Source: Octopus vulgaris
Taxonomy: Eukaryota
DNA: 64,000 nt
Reading direction: 5' to 3'
Assembly: GCA_951406725.2 (NCBI GenBank)
Contig: OX597833.1
Coordinates: 28,334,001 to 28,398,000, forward strand
Below are positions 37,857 to 50,144 of the stretch, one piece after another. The position numbers and the translations under genes are program-made. The first letter of the stretch is position 1. Each line of letters begins with the position of its first letter. The notes below the pieces were generated by a model. It was not told where the DNA came from and did not search any database. It worked only from the letters and a program-made list of their open reading frames with translations.

Positions 37857-40380
37857 CATGTGGTTGAGATCTTACCACACAGCCATGAGAAACAACTCCA
37901 GACATATTTCAACTATTTAATGGATACTATCAGAGGGACAAAGAAAGAGAAGGAGACTCAAGAAGACATGATGTACCATCTTCAAAGGAGATCTGAAGCA
38001 AATCAGCATCCCCTGGGAAGATGCTGGTGGTTGTGCTCAAAACCAGGATTATTGGAGATGTCTTGCTGCCCAGTGTACAGATCAACTGTATGGGGTGGGG
38101 AGACTAAGAGGACTTCCTAAATAAAGTTAGTCTTCATCATACCTGCTGGCTGAAGTACTGATGAAAGAATTACTTTTTTTTTTATCCTGTCCACAAAACA
38201 GTGATGAAAAGATTCATAAAAGTCTGCACTGCAAGCATCCTTTTTTTTCTTGGCACTTTTATATGCCAAGAGAATGCGGGAAGAGGAGGAATTTACCCCA
38301 GTATTTAACTTTTACTTGAGCAAAAGGGGAGGAAAGAAAATTTGCTTTGACAGGATTTGAATGTAGAGTATAGAGAACCAGAACAAATACCACAAGGCAT
38401 TCTACCCAATATTTTAACAATTCTACAATTTACTGATTAATACCAAGTAAATGTGCAAGATTACACATTGCTTGGTTGGTTTCATCATCATCATCATCAT
38501 CATCATTTAGCGTCCGTTTTCCATGCTAGCATGGGTTGGACGGTTCTGCAAGCTATTCTTACTCTAGCAGTTACACTTTCAGCACACCCGCCCCCGCTGC
38601 TGACTTGGTCACCTAGGTAACGGAAACTATCAACTATTTCTAGGTTTATTTAGGAAATTAGAATTGGTTAATTCAGAGATGCCATTGTTAGTTAAGCTTG
38701 TGTTAACATATTTTTATGAGAGAAACATTAAAACACTAACGAGAAATGTTTATGTAGTGAGGAAAACTGACATTAAATGATGGTGATGATGATGAGTATA
38801 AATGTAAGGGTTAAATCTGGAAAATATGTGTGTGTTTTAAGGATGAAAGGTAGAGTAACATGGATGTTGCACTTTATAATCTGTCTCTGCTATTCAAGGT
38901 ACTCTTTGTCTTTGCTCTGAAAAGTGGCATTTGCACATACATGGTAATACACTCTCCCCACTTTCACAAAAAAGTGGCCCTCTGATTAGCAAAGATTCAC
39001 CAACACACTACATTCACTGGCCCACAGGTGTGTTGTCACCTCTTGCAGTTTATCCAACCACGGCTACAATGGCCTCTGTTCTCATGAACAAGCCAGTGCA
39101 TTCTGCTTCCATTCAATCACATTTGAAACCATTCTCTTGTAGTGCAACCCAACAGTGTCCTGCAACCCTTCCTTCTTACTCCCAATTCTGATTGTTTCTC
39201 TTAATCCTTACTTCCCAGCATCGATCAACCCACTCTTGTTCTTGTAGATGTTGACTTAGAGATAGTCAAAGCTAAACACCAACAATATTAATGTTACCAA
39301 ATATTACCCTCTGAAACAGTCTGTCAATACCATGTGGTATTGCTTCTTGACCACATAGTTCCGGGTTCAGTCCCACTGCGTGACACCTTGGATAAGTGTC
39401 TTCTGCTATGGCCTCAGGCTGACCAAAACCTTGTGAGTGGATTTGGTTGACACAAACTGAAAGAAGCCCGCCATGTGTGTAAATGTGTATGTGTGTGTCT
39501 TTGTGTCTGCTCCCCCATCACTACTTGACAACTGGTGTTGGTGTGTTTACATCCCTGTAACTTAGTGGTTCAGCAAAAGAAACTGATAAAATAAGTACCA
39601 GGTATAAAGAAAAACATAAGCACTGGAGTTGATTCATTTGACTAAGAAGTTCTTTGAGGCATTTGGTAGAAAGGGTGTGTGTGAGTGTGTAATACCTGTT
39701 TTGTTAATCTGTCTCATCCTTTATAACACAGTTAATCTACCTCATCACATACATGAGAATTGGTATCTATAAGTCTATAAGGTCAGATCTTGGAAGTGTG
39801 TGCGTGTTAAGATACACACACTCATTAATCAGAGCAATGTCTGCTTCATTCTCCCCAGGGCAGATATGTATTAAGATCAGTTTTTGGGGAGTGTGCAGGA
39901 AGATATGTTAAGCAAATGTAAAGATCAGTTCTTAGTCGTAAGTGTGGGGTGGGGTGGGGACGGAGAGATGTGTTAACATCTCTTGTTTTCTCATGGTACC
40001 TTTCACCTCACATACCCCACATAGATATATTTAAGGATTTAATACTTAGATACAGCTGATTTACCTGTGAAAATAGAACCTTAGGGTTGGGTGAGATAAA
40101 GGTGGTTTTGTGTTGTTTGTGGATTTTGTTTTTACCTGTAACATTCCATACACACACACACTCCCTTTCTCAATCTCCCTCTCTCTGCGTTCCCCACTGC
40201 CAAATGATTTTACACAACCTTTAAAAAAAAATGACATTTAGAGGTCAGTGTGACCAGGTTACCCCTGGCTTCTAACATTGATGTAAGCAATTTCAGGCAC
40301 TGATTCAACGAAGGAGTGTGTTTGTGTGACTTTTATGTATAGCTATATTCTTGTAAAATGTGAGCCAGTTCATGCACATG

Positions 40381-40416
<36 letters not shown>

Positions 40417-41260
40417 CAGGGTGTCCAAAACATTGTGTATAAATTAAATGTCAGTGTTTATTTAAATACATTTCATTGTCAAAATTTGATAGTATCTACT
40501 GATAATTTCATTTTTTTACAGATGTCTGTTCTCAAACTAATTACTGTTCTTGTCCAGGTATTGTTGATGACACAAAGCATGCATCATGATACATTTTGTT
40601 CAGTATTCTTGTTCAATAGCATTCTTGTTCACTAACTGCCCTTAGTTCATTGAGTATTGCCAGTTTTGTACTGTAAACTTTTAAGTATCCCCATAGAAAA
40701 GAAGGTCAAGTGATGTGAGGTCCAGTGAACCTCTTCAATCCAAATTAGGCAAAATCTCATCAAAATAAGCCTGACATTAGTATGGTAATGTGTGGGTACC
40801 CCATATTACTTCACATCATCAAAGTCCTTTTGAAGGCTTGGCATGACAGATTGTTGCAACAAGTTTGAGTAAATGGGACCAGTCACAGTACCATCAAAAG
40901 CAAATGATCCATTTAATCCTTTTGATAAGCCACACTATACTGCAACTCCTGGTAAATTAATATGTTGTTCCTCCATAGCATGTGGTTGTTAATTGAGTCA
41001 TTTAATCTAAAGGTAGCCTCAGCCTTCCAAATAACTTTTATTGGAAAGTGTGCATCTTCTACTCAACATGCCACACACCCAGTGTCAGATTAAGACCCAT
41101 AGAGGCTCTAAACACTTAAAATATTTTGGTGCCCCATATATTTGTAATTCATAATATAAACAATATAGAATTTTTTTTTTTTTTTACAAAATGAACAAAA
41201 CTAACAGAAAGATGGAAAATGTTTATTTTTGTATATTTCTATTTTATATTTGAAAATTAT

Positions 41261-41589
41261 GGAGATGTACTTGCATAGCAAGTGATCTGATCTGAGATCA
41301 TGTGCTGGAACAAAAACAATTGCAGCATGGCAGATGTTGATAAGCCATTTAAGAAACACACAAAATTCGTTAGATTCACTTCAACATTTAAATTTAATTT
41401 GTCAAAATATTTTTGTCGCTTTGAGACCGCGACCTGTTCACTGACAAATTTCCATGCTGTCAGTGAACAGGTTGTGGTCTCAAAGTAACGAAAATATTTT
41501 GACAAATTAAATTTAAATGTTGAAGTGAATCTAACGAATTTTGTGTGTTTCTTAAATGGCTTATAAACACCTTCCACACTGCAATTGTT
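41261..41589. mobile_element. Fold-back repeat element (~130-bp inverted arms, 11-nt loop), probably Penelope pLTR-derived
   Basis: Arms ~41315-41446 and 41458-41589 are reverse complements and contain hammerhead-like motifs. Confidence 0.7.
41458..41504 (+). ncRNA. Putative minimal hammerhead variant with G3-C8 core
   Basis: TGTCA-GTGAACA-g-GTTGT-ggtctcaaa-GTAAC-GAAA-ATAT-TT-TGACA. The opposite arm (41400-41446, - strand) has a perfect GTCGC/GCGAC stem II but G12>A. Confidence 0.55.
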
Positions 41590-41753
41590 ATATTTGAAAA
41601 GTTTTCTACTTTTTTCAGTTGCAAAATATTTGATCAGATTCTCACTATGACACTATAAACACTTTGAAATTATAAAATTTTTGGGGGTCCATGAAAAGAA
41701 TTTTCATTTAGATGTTTTGATTTCAAAGAAAATTAACCGGGAAGATAGCTTTC

Positions 41754-42893
41754 GTGTGTGGCAGATGCACAGGGGCAATGGACACCATTGATACTCAAAA
41801 AACAGATTCCATTACACTTCTGGGGGAGAAACTAGAAGTAGTTGATAGTTTCCGCTACCTAGGTGACCAAGTTAGTAGCGGGGGTGGTTGCTCAGAGAGT
41901 GTTACCACTAGAATAAGAATAGCCGGGGCAAAGTTTAGGAAGCTTCTTCCCCTACTGGCGACAAAGAGTCTCTTGCTCAGAGTGAAAAGTAGATTGTACG
42001 ACGCATGTGTGCGAACTGCTATGCTTCACAGCAGTGAAACATGTGCTGTAACTGCAGAGGACATGCGTAGGCTCAAAAGAAATGAAGCTAGCATGATCCA
42101 CTGGATGTGTAATGTCAGTGTTCATGCACAACAGAGTGTAACCGCCCTGAGAGAAATGTTGGGCATAAGAAGCATCGAAAGCAGCGTGCAGGAGAGACGT
42201 TTGTGTTGATATAGTCATGTACTACGGATGGATGAGGAGAGATGTGTGAAGAAGTGCCACTCCCAAACTGTTGAAGGAATCCGGGATAGAGGTAGACCCA
42301 GGAAGACATGGGACGAGGTGGTCAAGCATGACCTTCATACGTTGAGCCTCACAGAGGCTATGACGAAAGACCGAGTCCTCTGGAGATATGCTGTGACTTC
42401 GAAGACCCGACGAATGAAGTGAGTTCATGGCTCGCAGGACGGCCTGCTGTGCTAACCTTGGATCATAGAGTGACCCGCTGTTCTTGAGAAGACCTATTGA
42501 GTCAAGTACGTTAACACCAACATCAAATGAAAATTGAATGGAAATAGTAGTTAAGACACCCGTGCCGGTGACACGTTAAAAGAAAAGCACCGTCCAAACG
42601 TGGCAGATGTCAGTGCCGCCTGACTGGCGTCCATGTCGGTGACATGTAAAAGCACCAACCAATTGTGGCTGTTCGCCAGTCTCCTCTGGCCAATGTGCCG
42701 GTGGCATATAAAAAGCACCCACTACACTCATGGAGTGGTTGGAGTTAGGAAGGGCATCCAGCTGTAGAAACACTGCCAGATCAGACTGGTGCCTGGTGCA
42801 GCCTCCTGGCTTCCCAGACCTCGGTCGATCCGTCCAACCCATGCTAACATGGAAAGCGGACGTTAAACGATGATGAGGATGATGATGATGATG
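41754..42893 (+). mobile_element. RTE-clade LINE 3' fragment with 3' UTR and (GAT)n tail
   Basis: LEVVDSFRYLGD...LYDACVRTAMLH.SET...RGRPRKTWDEVV; ends gacgttaaacgatgatg. Short copies of the same tail at ~3606, 9155, 20740, 38500, 48550, 53470, 53880, 56063. Confidence 0.88.
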
Positions 42894-43569
42894 TGTTTAT
42901 TGGAAGAAGTAACCAGGTTTTTTTCCTCTGTTTTACATTGTTCTACCTGCACAACCTAATGTGAGAAAAGCAAAATAGGAAATTTGGAAGAAGTATCTTT
43001 AAAAAAATAGTTTTTAAACATTGAATATCTGTTGGGGGTGGAGTCCATCAGAGTAAAACAGTAATCAGAGGGGCCCATAGGTAAAAAATGGTTGGGAACC
43101 ACTGATTTAGAGCACACAATATTCTTGGAATATATCTTTCCCATGACAGCAGTACAAAATGCAAAGGACACCTGAGTTTGACCTACATATTTCACAACGC
43201 ACCACAGATTTTGGCCATACGCTTCTAATACTCTTTTTACATTGTGGAGCTTGTCAATGTCAACATTCTGAACAGTTCCCTCTGCTTCAAACTGATAAGT
43301 TGCATAGGTGGATCTGTTTGAAACTCCCTCCTAAACTGTCTTTGTTCTTTGACTGCATTTTCAAACTGCAAGTAACACTTCTGGTTAAATTTTCTTTGTT
43401 CAAAACATAGTCTGGCTCCCTTCATTATTTGAGTAATAGGTTAAATCTGAAAAAGAAATGAAAATTGAGTTATCAGCTGTTAAAGTGTGTATACATTTTT
43501 TAGGATATTCTGTATGCATGTGTGTGATTGTGTGAGTGTGTGTATGCGCACGCACGCACACACACACAA

Positions 43570-43600
<31 letters not shown>

Positions 43601-43815
43601 CTAGTACATGTAGTTGAGAATACACTTTGTCTTCACTTCTTCCACCACACTATTCATTATACTATTTATGAATGAAACAGTTCTGACCCAGTAAATCTGG
43701 GTGTACACACACTTCACCATACTATCTCTATCCAGTGGATGGTTTGACTGGTGGTGGTGATAGTGGTGTCTCTTCTACATGCCCTACCCCTTCTCTCCCT
43801 ACTCTCTTATGCTGT

Positions 43816-43852
<37 letters not shown>

Positions 43853-44611
43853 TATTCCCCCACCAACTGGTAGTAGTGTGGGGTTAGGGTGTTGATGTAG
43901 TATGGCATGGTGCAGTGGTTGGGAAGCCGGTAGTGATGTAGTAATGTGATGCTGGTAATGATGGTAGTTTAGCCCCAGGTCAGCTCGGACAAAACAGGCC
44001 TACAATCAAAAGCATTACAGCTGCAGCCATCATCCAACTCTTATTCTCTTATTCTCACTCTACATTAGACAATGTGTCCTATTTTATAAAAGCTGGTAGG
44101 GCATTTGTAGAAGTTTGGCTGCTATTTCTAGTATGTCGAGTGACTTGACTTAGGGAGTGGGGGTGTAGTTTAAAGACGGAGGTGATGTAATTTCACTGAT
44201 GATGAGCAAAGTTGTGGCGGAGTTAGAGGTGGTGGTGGTGGTGGTGGTATTCTTAGTAGTCAGGTTTACCGGATAGTAGTAAGAGATGTATGTAACGAGT
44301 AGTAATACTGGACTATAGAGAACAGCAGCTGTTGAGGTGATGATGATGATGATATCTATATGTGTGGGGAGCAAGAGAAGAAAGGGAGGGGGTAGAAGAT
44401 GGATTACCCCCTTCTCCCAAGCATGCCACACAACTCTCTCCAAAAAAGGAATTTCCTCCCCACCCCCACCCCACTAATTATTCTTCCCATCTCACTACAG
44501 TACTGACTCACTGTCGTTGTTGTTACTGTTATTGGTGCTGGTATTACTGTTGTTGTTACTGGTGGCGTGATAGTAGTCTTGAGGTTACTCTTGGTTAGAA
44601 TCAATCTAGAC

Positions 44612-46153
44612 CAGTGGTCCTCTCAACCATTTCTTTCTTATGGACCCCTTTTGATTTGTATTTTATTTAGGTGGACCCCCATAGCCATTCAAGGTTTAAA
44701 AAGATCCTTATTATATTTTTATAATTAAATGTTATTAGGAATTGTATTTTTAATCTTTTTTCTTCTACTTGTTTCAGTCATTAGTCTGCGGTCATGCTGG
44801 GGCACTGCCTTGAAAAATTTTTAGTCAAATGAATTGACTCCAGTACTTGCTTTTTTTTTTTTAAAGCTTGTTACTTATTCTGTCAGTCTCTTTTGCCTAA
44901 CAACTATGTTATAGGGACGTAAACACACCTGCACTGATTGTCAAGCAGTGTTGTGGGAGACAAACGCAGACACAAAAGCACACACACACACACACACACA
45001 TACAACGGGCTTACAATTTCTGTCTATCAAATCCACTCACAAGGCTTTGGCCAGCCCAAGGTCATAGTAGAAGGCACTTGCTCAAGGTGCCAGACAGTGG
45101 AACTAAACTTGGAACTATGTGATTGGGAAGCAAGCTTCTTACCACACAACCATGCCTACACCTATGCAAAAATTAAATAATAATGAAATTATTGTATACA
45201 GTGCTCAGGTGCACCACAACTTGTCAAAAGTGCATATAAAGCATATGCAGTAATGTACAAATGTCTGGAAAGTGAACAGTGTATGAGTCAGATACATTCT
45301 TGCATGTGTATGGAGGGGAGAAAATCAGGTGTAGTGTTGGCGAATCTCAGCAAGCATGGAAGTTTTGAAGGATGCAGTGCTCCGACAACTAACAACTGAT
45401 ACCGGCAGTTTGTTCCATACTTCAGCAACTCTTAGCGTGAAAAAACGTTTCCAAAAGTCATGGGAGTTGTGCTGTTTTCTGACTTTGTAAACATGTCCAC
45501 GGGTGTTAGACAGGTGGAGTTTGAAAAGGTGCTCAGAGTTATTGTTTGTAAGATGGTTAATAATTTTATGGGTTTCGGCCAAGTCAGTTGACAGACGTCA
45601 GAGTTTCAATGTATCCATGCCCAGGGAAGTAAGGCATTCAGAATATGGCAAATGCCTGATGGAGGGTATTCTCTTGGTTGCATGTTGCTGAACGGTTTCC
45701 AGATGATTAATATCCTAGGCAAGATAGGGGTTCCAGACCGGTGATGCAAATTCCAGTTGAGGCCACACCATAGCTATATAAAGCCTCAGATAGATAGCTG
45801 GAGAACAGCTCACAAAGGACTTGGTAAGTGATGCCAAGACACCCTCAGCCTTCTTGGCAATTTTAGCAATGTGTTTTGTCCAATGCAAATCGCTATCAAC
45901 AATAATGTCCAGGTCACGTTCACAAGAAGACTTTTTGTGATTAGTGTTGTGGAGGGAGTAAGTAGATGCTGGGTTTTTCCTCCCAAAATGCATGGTGGTA
46001 CATTTGTCCACAGCCAGCTTGAGTTACCAGTCCATGATACATTAAATATTTTGTATATTGAAGAAGTATAAGCAATTTATTACATATAAATTTTAACAAC
46101 AAAATGTTATATGGGCATCCAAGGGCCATGTGGGCCTTGGTTGAGAACCACTC
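44612..46153. mobile_element. hAT (Charlie-type) MITE with nested SINE and CR1
   Basis: Ends cagtggtcctctcaacc / ggttgagaaccact; 8-bp TSD ATCTAGAC at 44604-44611 and 46154-46161. Other copies at ~20160-20410, 42950-43105, 50680-51050, 52568-52812. Confidence 0.75.
45170..46035 (-). mobile_element. CR1/L2-clade LINE 3' fragment
   Basis: DKCTTMHFGRKN...ERDLDIIVDSDL.W.KHI...LEFASPVWNPY...TRGH.YK...FFTLRVAEVWNKLP. Confidence 0.9.
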
Positions 46154-47502
46154 ATCTAGACTTATATGATCAACAGTATTCCAGTGATTCTCATCCCATC
46201 TTATTTTATGAGGCAGTGTATAATATAGTCTTACATATATCCTGTCTATCCTTCCTGTTTAAGAAAGCTGGGTGTGTGCTTATTATCAATGATGGTGATT
46301 GGCCTTTTTGTTGTTGATTAATGCAAGGCCAATCCTTGTTAAGCAGAATAGTCTTTTATCTGTTTCAGTCATTAGACTGCAGCCATGCTGGGGCACCACC
46401 ATGGAGAACGTTTTTAGTCAAATGAATCAATACTTATTTATTTTTTAAGCCTGGTACTTATTCTATCAGTCTCTTATCGTCAAACCGCTAAGTTATGGGG
46501 ACATAAACAAACCAACACCAGCTGTCAAGCATTAGTGGAAGACACACACACACACATTTACATATTGCACAACGGGCTTCTTTCAGTTTCTGTCTACTAA
46601 ATCCACTCACAAGGCTCTGGTTGACCCAAGGCTATAGTAGAAGACACTTGCCCAAGGTGCCATGCAGTGGGATTGAACCCAGAACCATGTGGTTGAGAAT
46701 CATGCTTCTTACCACACAACCACACCTGTGCCTCATGATTAGCCATTCCAACCATGAGCATCCTACATTATTTAATGTGTTGTTTTATTTTAAAAAAGTC
46801 CTGTTTTGTTTGAGAAAAACTGTAGCTGCTATTTCTAGTATGCTGGTCAACCATGTAGTCCCTTCATTACTGATGCTGTTGTTGAGAATCATAGTAGTGG
46901 TGACAGAGGTACATCATAATGATGATGGTAATTATCTTGCTAGCAGTGAGGATTACTCTTAGAATATTATAAATAGACATCTGTGGTTCCTGTCTTTGAG
47001 TAAACTTTGGGGTGTCGAGTTTAGTATCTCCCGCCCTACCTACACCCTGTCAGTTATTGCCATGGAGTGTCTGGTGAGAGTGAAATGGATGATGATTATG
47101 TTATTAGTTAGAAAAACCCCTTGCTTGCTTTTACTGATAGCTTATTCACTGCCAGCTGGTGCAAGAGCTACATAAGAACACAAGCATATGCACACACACA
47201 CATACTCACATGCACACATACACGCACATTATGTACTTGTGCAAGCATACACAGATACTCGTGAATGTATGTATATGTGTATGGAGAGGTGGAGGAAGAA
47301 AGGCATATAGACGGAGGGAGAGAGTGAGAGAGAGGGATGCAAGCCCATACAAAGATCCATATGAAGCTCATCATGTGTCTATTTGTATAGTTGAACTAAA
47401 TAAGTGTGCTGTCATAGTCACCACCACCACCAACTACTCACTACCAAATGTGCCATGTGTTTTGATAATACAATAATTACTACTTCTCTCTCTCTCTCTC
47501 TC

Positions 47503-47541
47503 TGTATGACTATATTTTACAACCCCTCCACACATACACAC

Positions 47542-47587
<46 letters not shown>

Positions 47588-47613
47588 GAGGGGTTGTAAA
47601 ATATAGTCATACA
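47503..47613. repeat. Hairpin with 33-bp unique arms centred on (TA)n
   Basis: tgtatgactatattttacaacccctccacacat ... atgtgtggaggggttgtaaaatatagtcataca. Confidence 0.9.
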
Positions 47614-47794
47614 TAAAGTACTTATTTAGGATTTTGCATGCAAAACCCATGAAAGTGATCAGTACATGGCTTGAAAGAATAGGTGTGTGTTTATATATAT
47701 GTCCAAGTGTGAAACTTCAACATAACTGTGGCAGATTGAAGCTTCATCTTCCAGTGAGTGAATAATAAACTCTACAGTGGCTACAAAGTGTTTC

Positions 47795-47830
<36 letters not shown>

Positions 47831-47832
<2 letters not shown>

Positions 47833-48515
47833 AGGTGGTATCAAAAGGTTCCCAGACTAGGTATGTTTAATAAAATACAACTTATTTACCTAAGTTTTAG
47901 CATCATATCCCTTGAAATAGTCACCTTGCACAGCAATACACCAGTCCCAGCATTCCTGTCACATCTGGAAGTTTTTTACTGTAAGCAAGTTGAGGACCTT
48001 CTGTGATTCGCTCTGGATCTTGGCAATGGTGTTAAAACGGCAACCTTTGAGCTGCATTTTCATCTTGGGGAAGGGATGGAAGTCTGCAGGTGCTAAATCT
48101 GGTGAAAAGGTTGGGTGCAGAAGCAATACCATGTTCTTTTTGGCAAGAAACTCACAAGTTAAGAGAAGTCAGTGAAGAATCCAATTGTTCATGCTCCACA
48201 GATCCAGTCACTTTTACTGAATGTTCTCCCTCAAACACTTCACAATGTCACAGTAACAGGTCTTCCAGATCATCTTCCAGGGACAGTCTTTCACTTTTGT
48301 GCCACCAGAAACATTGCATACGACCCATTTCCTTGGTGGTGTAAGCTTGCTGAAGCATGCTCAATGTCTCTTTAGCAGTCTTCCCAAGTTTAGTGCAAAA
48401 TTTCATGTTGGCTCTTTGTTCCTGTCCATAATAAAATCACAGACTACAGCATATCAATGCTGCCATCTGTTGGCATGCTACAGTACTAGTCCAGAGACAT
48501 TTTGATACCATCTTG
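47831..48515 (-). mobile_element. mariner-type deletion derivative
   Basis: TA-flanked TIRs tgaggtggtatcaaaag / cattttgataccatcttg; - strand remnant SPDLAPADF. Confidence 0.75.
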
Positions 48516-50027
48516 TACACACACACTCACACATATCATCATCAGCATCATCATCGTCATTTTACATCCATTTTCCGTGCTGGCATGGGTTAGATGATTT
48601 GACTGGGACTGGTAAGCTGCAGAGCTGTACCAGCCTCCAGTTGTCTGTTTTGATTTGGTTTCTACAACTTGATGCCCTTCCTAATACCATCCACTTTACA
48701 GAGTGTACTGGGTGATTTTTACATAGCACCAGCACTAGCCATGACCACCACACACATACACACACACATATCAGCTAACCCAAATACATATTTGCAAATG
48801 AGGTAATGGTTGCTTAACCCACTTGAAATAGTTTTGGATAAAATAGAAGACAGAATGCTTTAAAAAAAGTAGAGAGGCTTGATGATACAATAACCATGCT
48901 GAACCAGGACACACACACATGCATGTGCTCATGTGCCAGGCAGGGAGTGCACATGGAGAGAAAGTGTTTGTTTTAGAAACTTGTTAGCTTTCTCCTAAAT
49001 ATCTAAGAACCATGAAAAACCTTCCAAGTCTACCAAATTCAACATAGTTTTATGAATCCTGATCTCAGCCAAACAAAAGTTATTTGCACATAGATGTATG
49101 TGAAGAATAGAGATATTGGTACTGATGATCTTATCTTGGAAGGCTGTAATAAGGGAATCAATAAGGATAATGGTTCAATCACTATGAAAAGTTGTTACCA
49201 AGATAATGAATGGTCTATTAATTAACAGTATCTGTTTGTTGTTACTGTTATTGAGCCTCCACCCCAGTTGTGTAGACTTATGATGAAAGGTGTTTCAACC
49301 ATCACCATTGTTCCTCTTTGTCTTTCTTTCAGTGCATCTAGGATTATATCCTCTAATGTGCCCTTCACATTTTAAGATGGTAGGGTGTATTTTAAAGAAA
49401 ATGTAGTGGCTATTTCTTCTATGTTGAGTGACCATGTAAATGCTTCATCAGTGACTTGAAAGATGCCAATTAGTTTCTTTGGGTTTCAGTTATTTATTAC
49501 AGTAAAAATCAGAACCAATGCCTCTAATTCTACTTTTAATCTTCAGACTGTTTTATTACTAACAAATCTAGCAGACATGACTTCTGTTTTTTAACCAATG
49601 CTATCTTTAACTCTTTCAGATTTCTGTCAAGCATAATGCATATTCATTCACATTGATATAAAATGAACATGCTTTACCTTGCAGCTTTGAGTTTTCAATG
49701 ATATAATTGTTTATTTTTAAAATATATTTGTAGGGTAAGTGTAAGAGGCCAGATCTGGCCAATTTGAAGATAATACAAGTAGATTATTTTGGCTGGATAT
49801 GGCCAGTTTAAATGCTAAAGAGTTAAGCATATTCTACTTTGCCTGAATAGTATCTCGGATTCTTTGGTTTGAAAATCTCATGCTCTAGTGAACAGAAGCA
49901 CTAGAAAGAGGGAATTATTTAGTGGCTACAATTTATGTCTATATATAGTGTGTGTATGTGTAGTAATGGTGATACTAATCATGAAATTTTCTGATTTCCT
50001 AAAACAAAATTTATTTTTTCAATTCAG

Positions 50028-50144
50028 GTGTTTCAAGATCTGGGCACAGAGGTGCTGGAGGCTGCATTTGATGGCTACAATGCCTGTATGTTTGCCTATG
50101 GGCAAACAAGTACTGGGAAAACCTATACAATGATGGGTGAAGGG
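50028..50144 (+). CDS. STARD9: Kinesin-3 exon with P-loop, [39 protein letters not shown]
   Basis: ttcag|GTG...GGG|gtgagt; 117 bp, phase 0/0; GYNxCxFAYGQTxxGKTYTM motif. Confidence 0.95.

Larger units (their letters stand above)
40397..43512 (-). mobile_element. Old Tc1/mariner element split by nested insertions
   Basis: Degenerate TIRs (cagggtgtccaaaa / ttttaggatattctg). N-terminal part FEQRKF..KCY..FENA..QRQFRREF...YIPRIL at 43105-43410; catalytic remnants at 40560-41075. Confidence 0.6.

Noticed and set aside
41257-41577. ORFs on both strands with repeated peptide KPFKKHTKFVRFTSTFKFNLSKYF
   Set aside because: Artefact of the DNA palindrome, not a protein.
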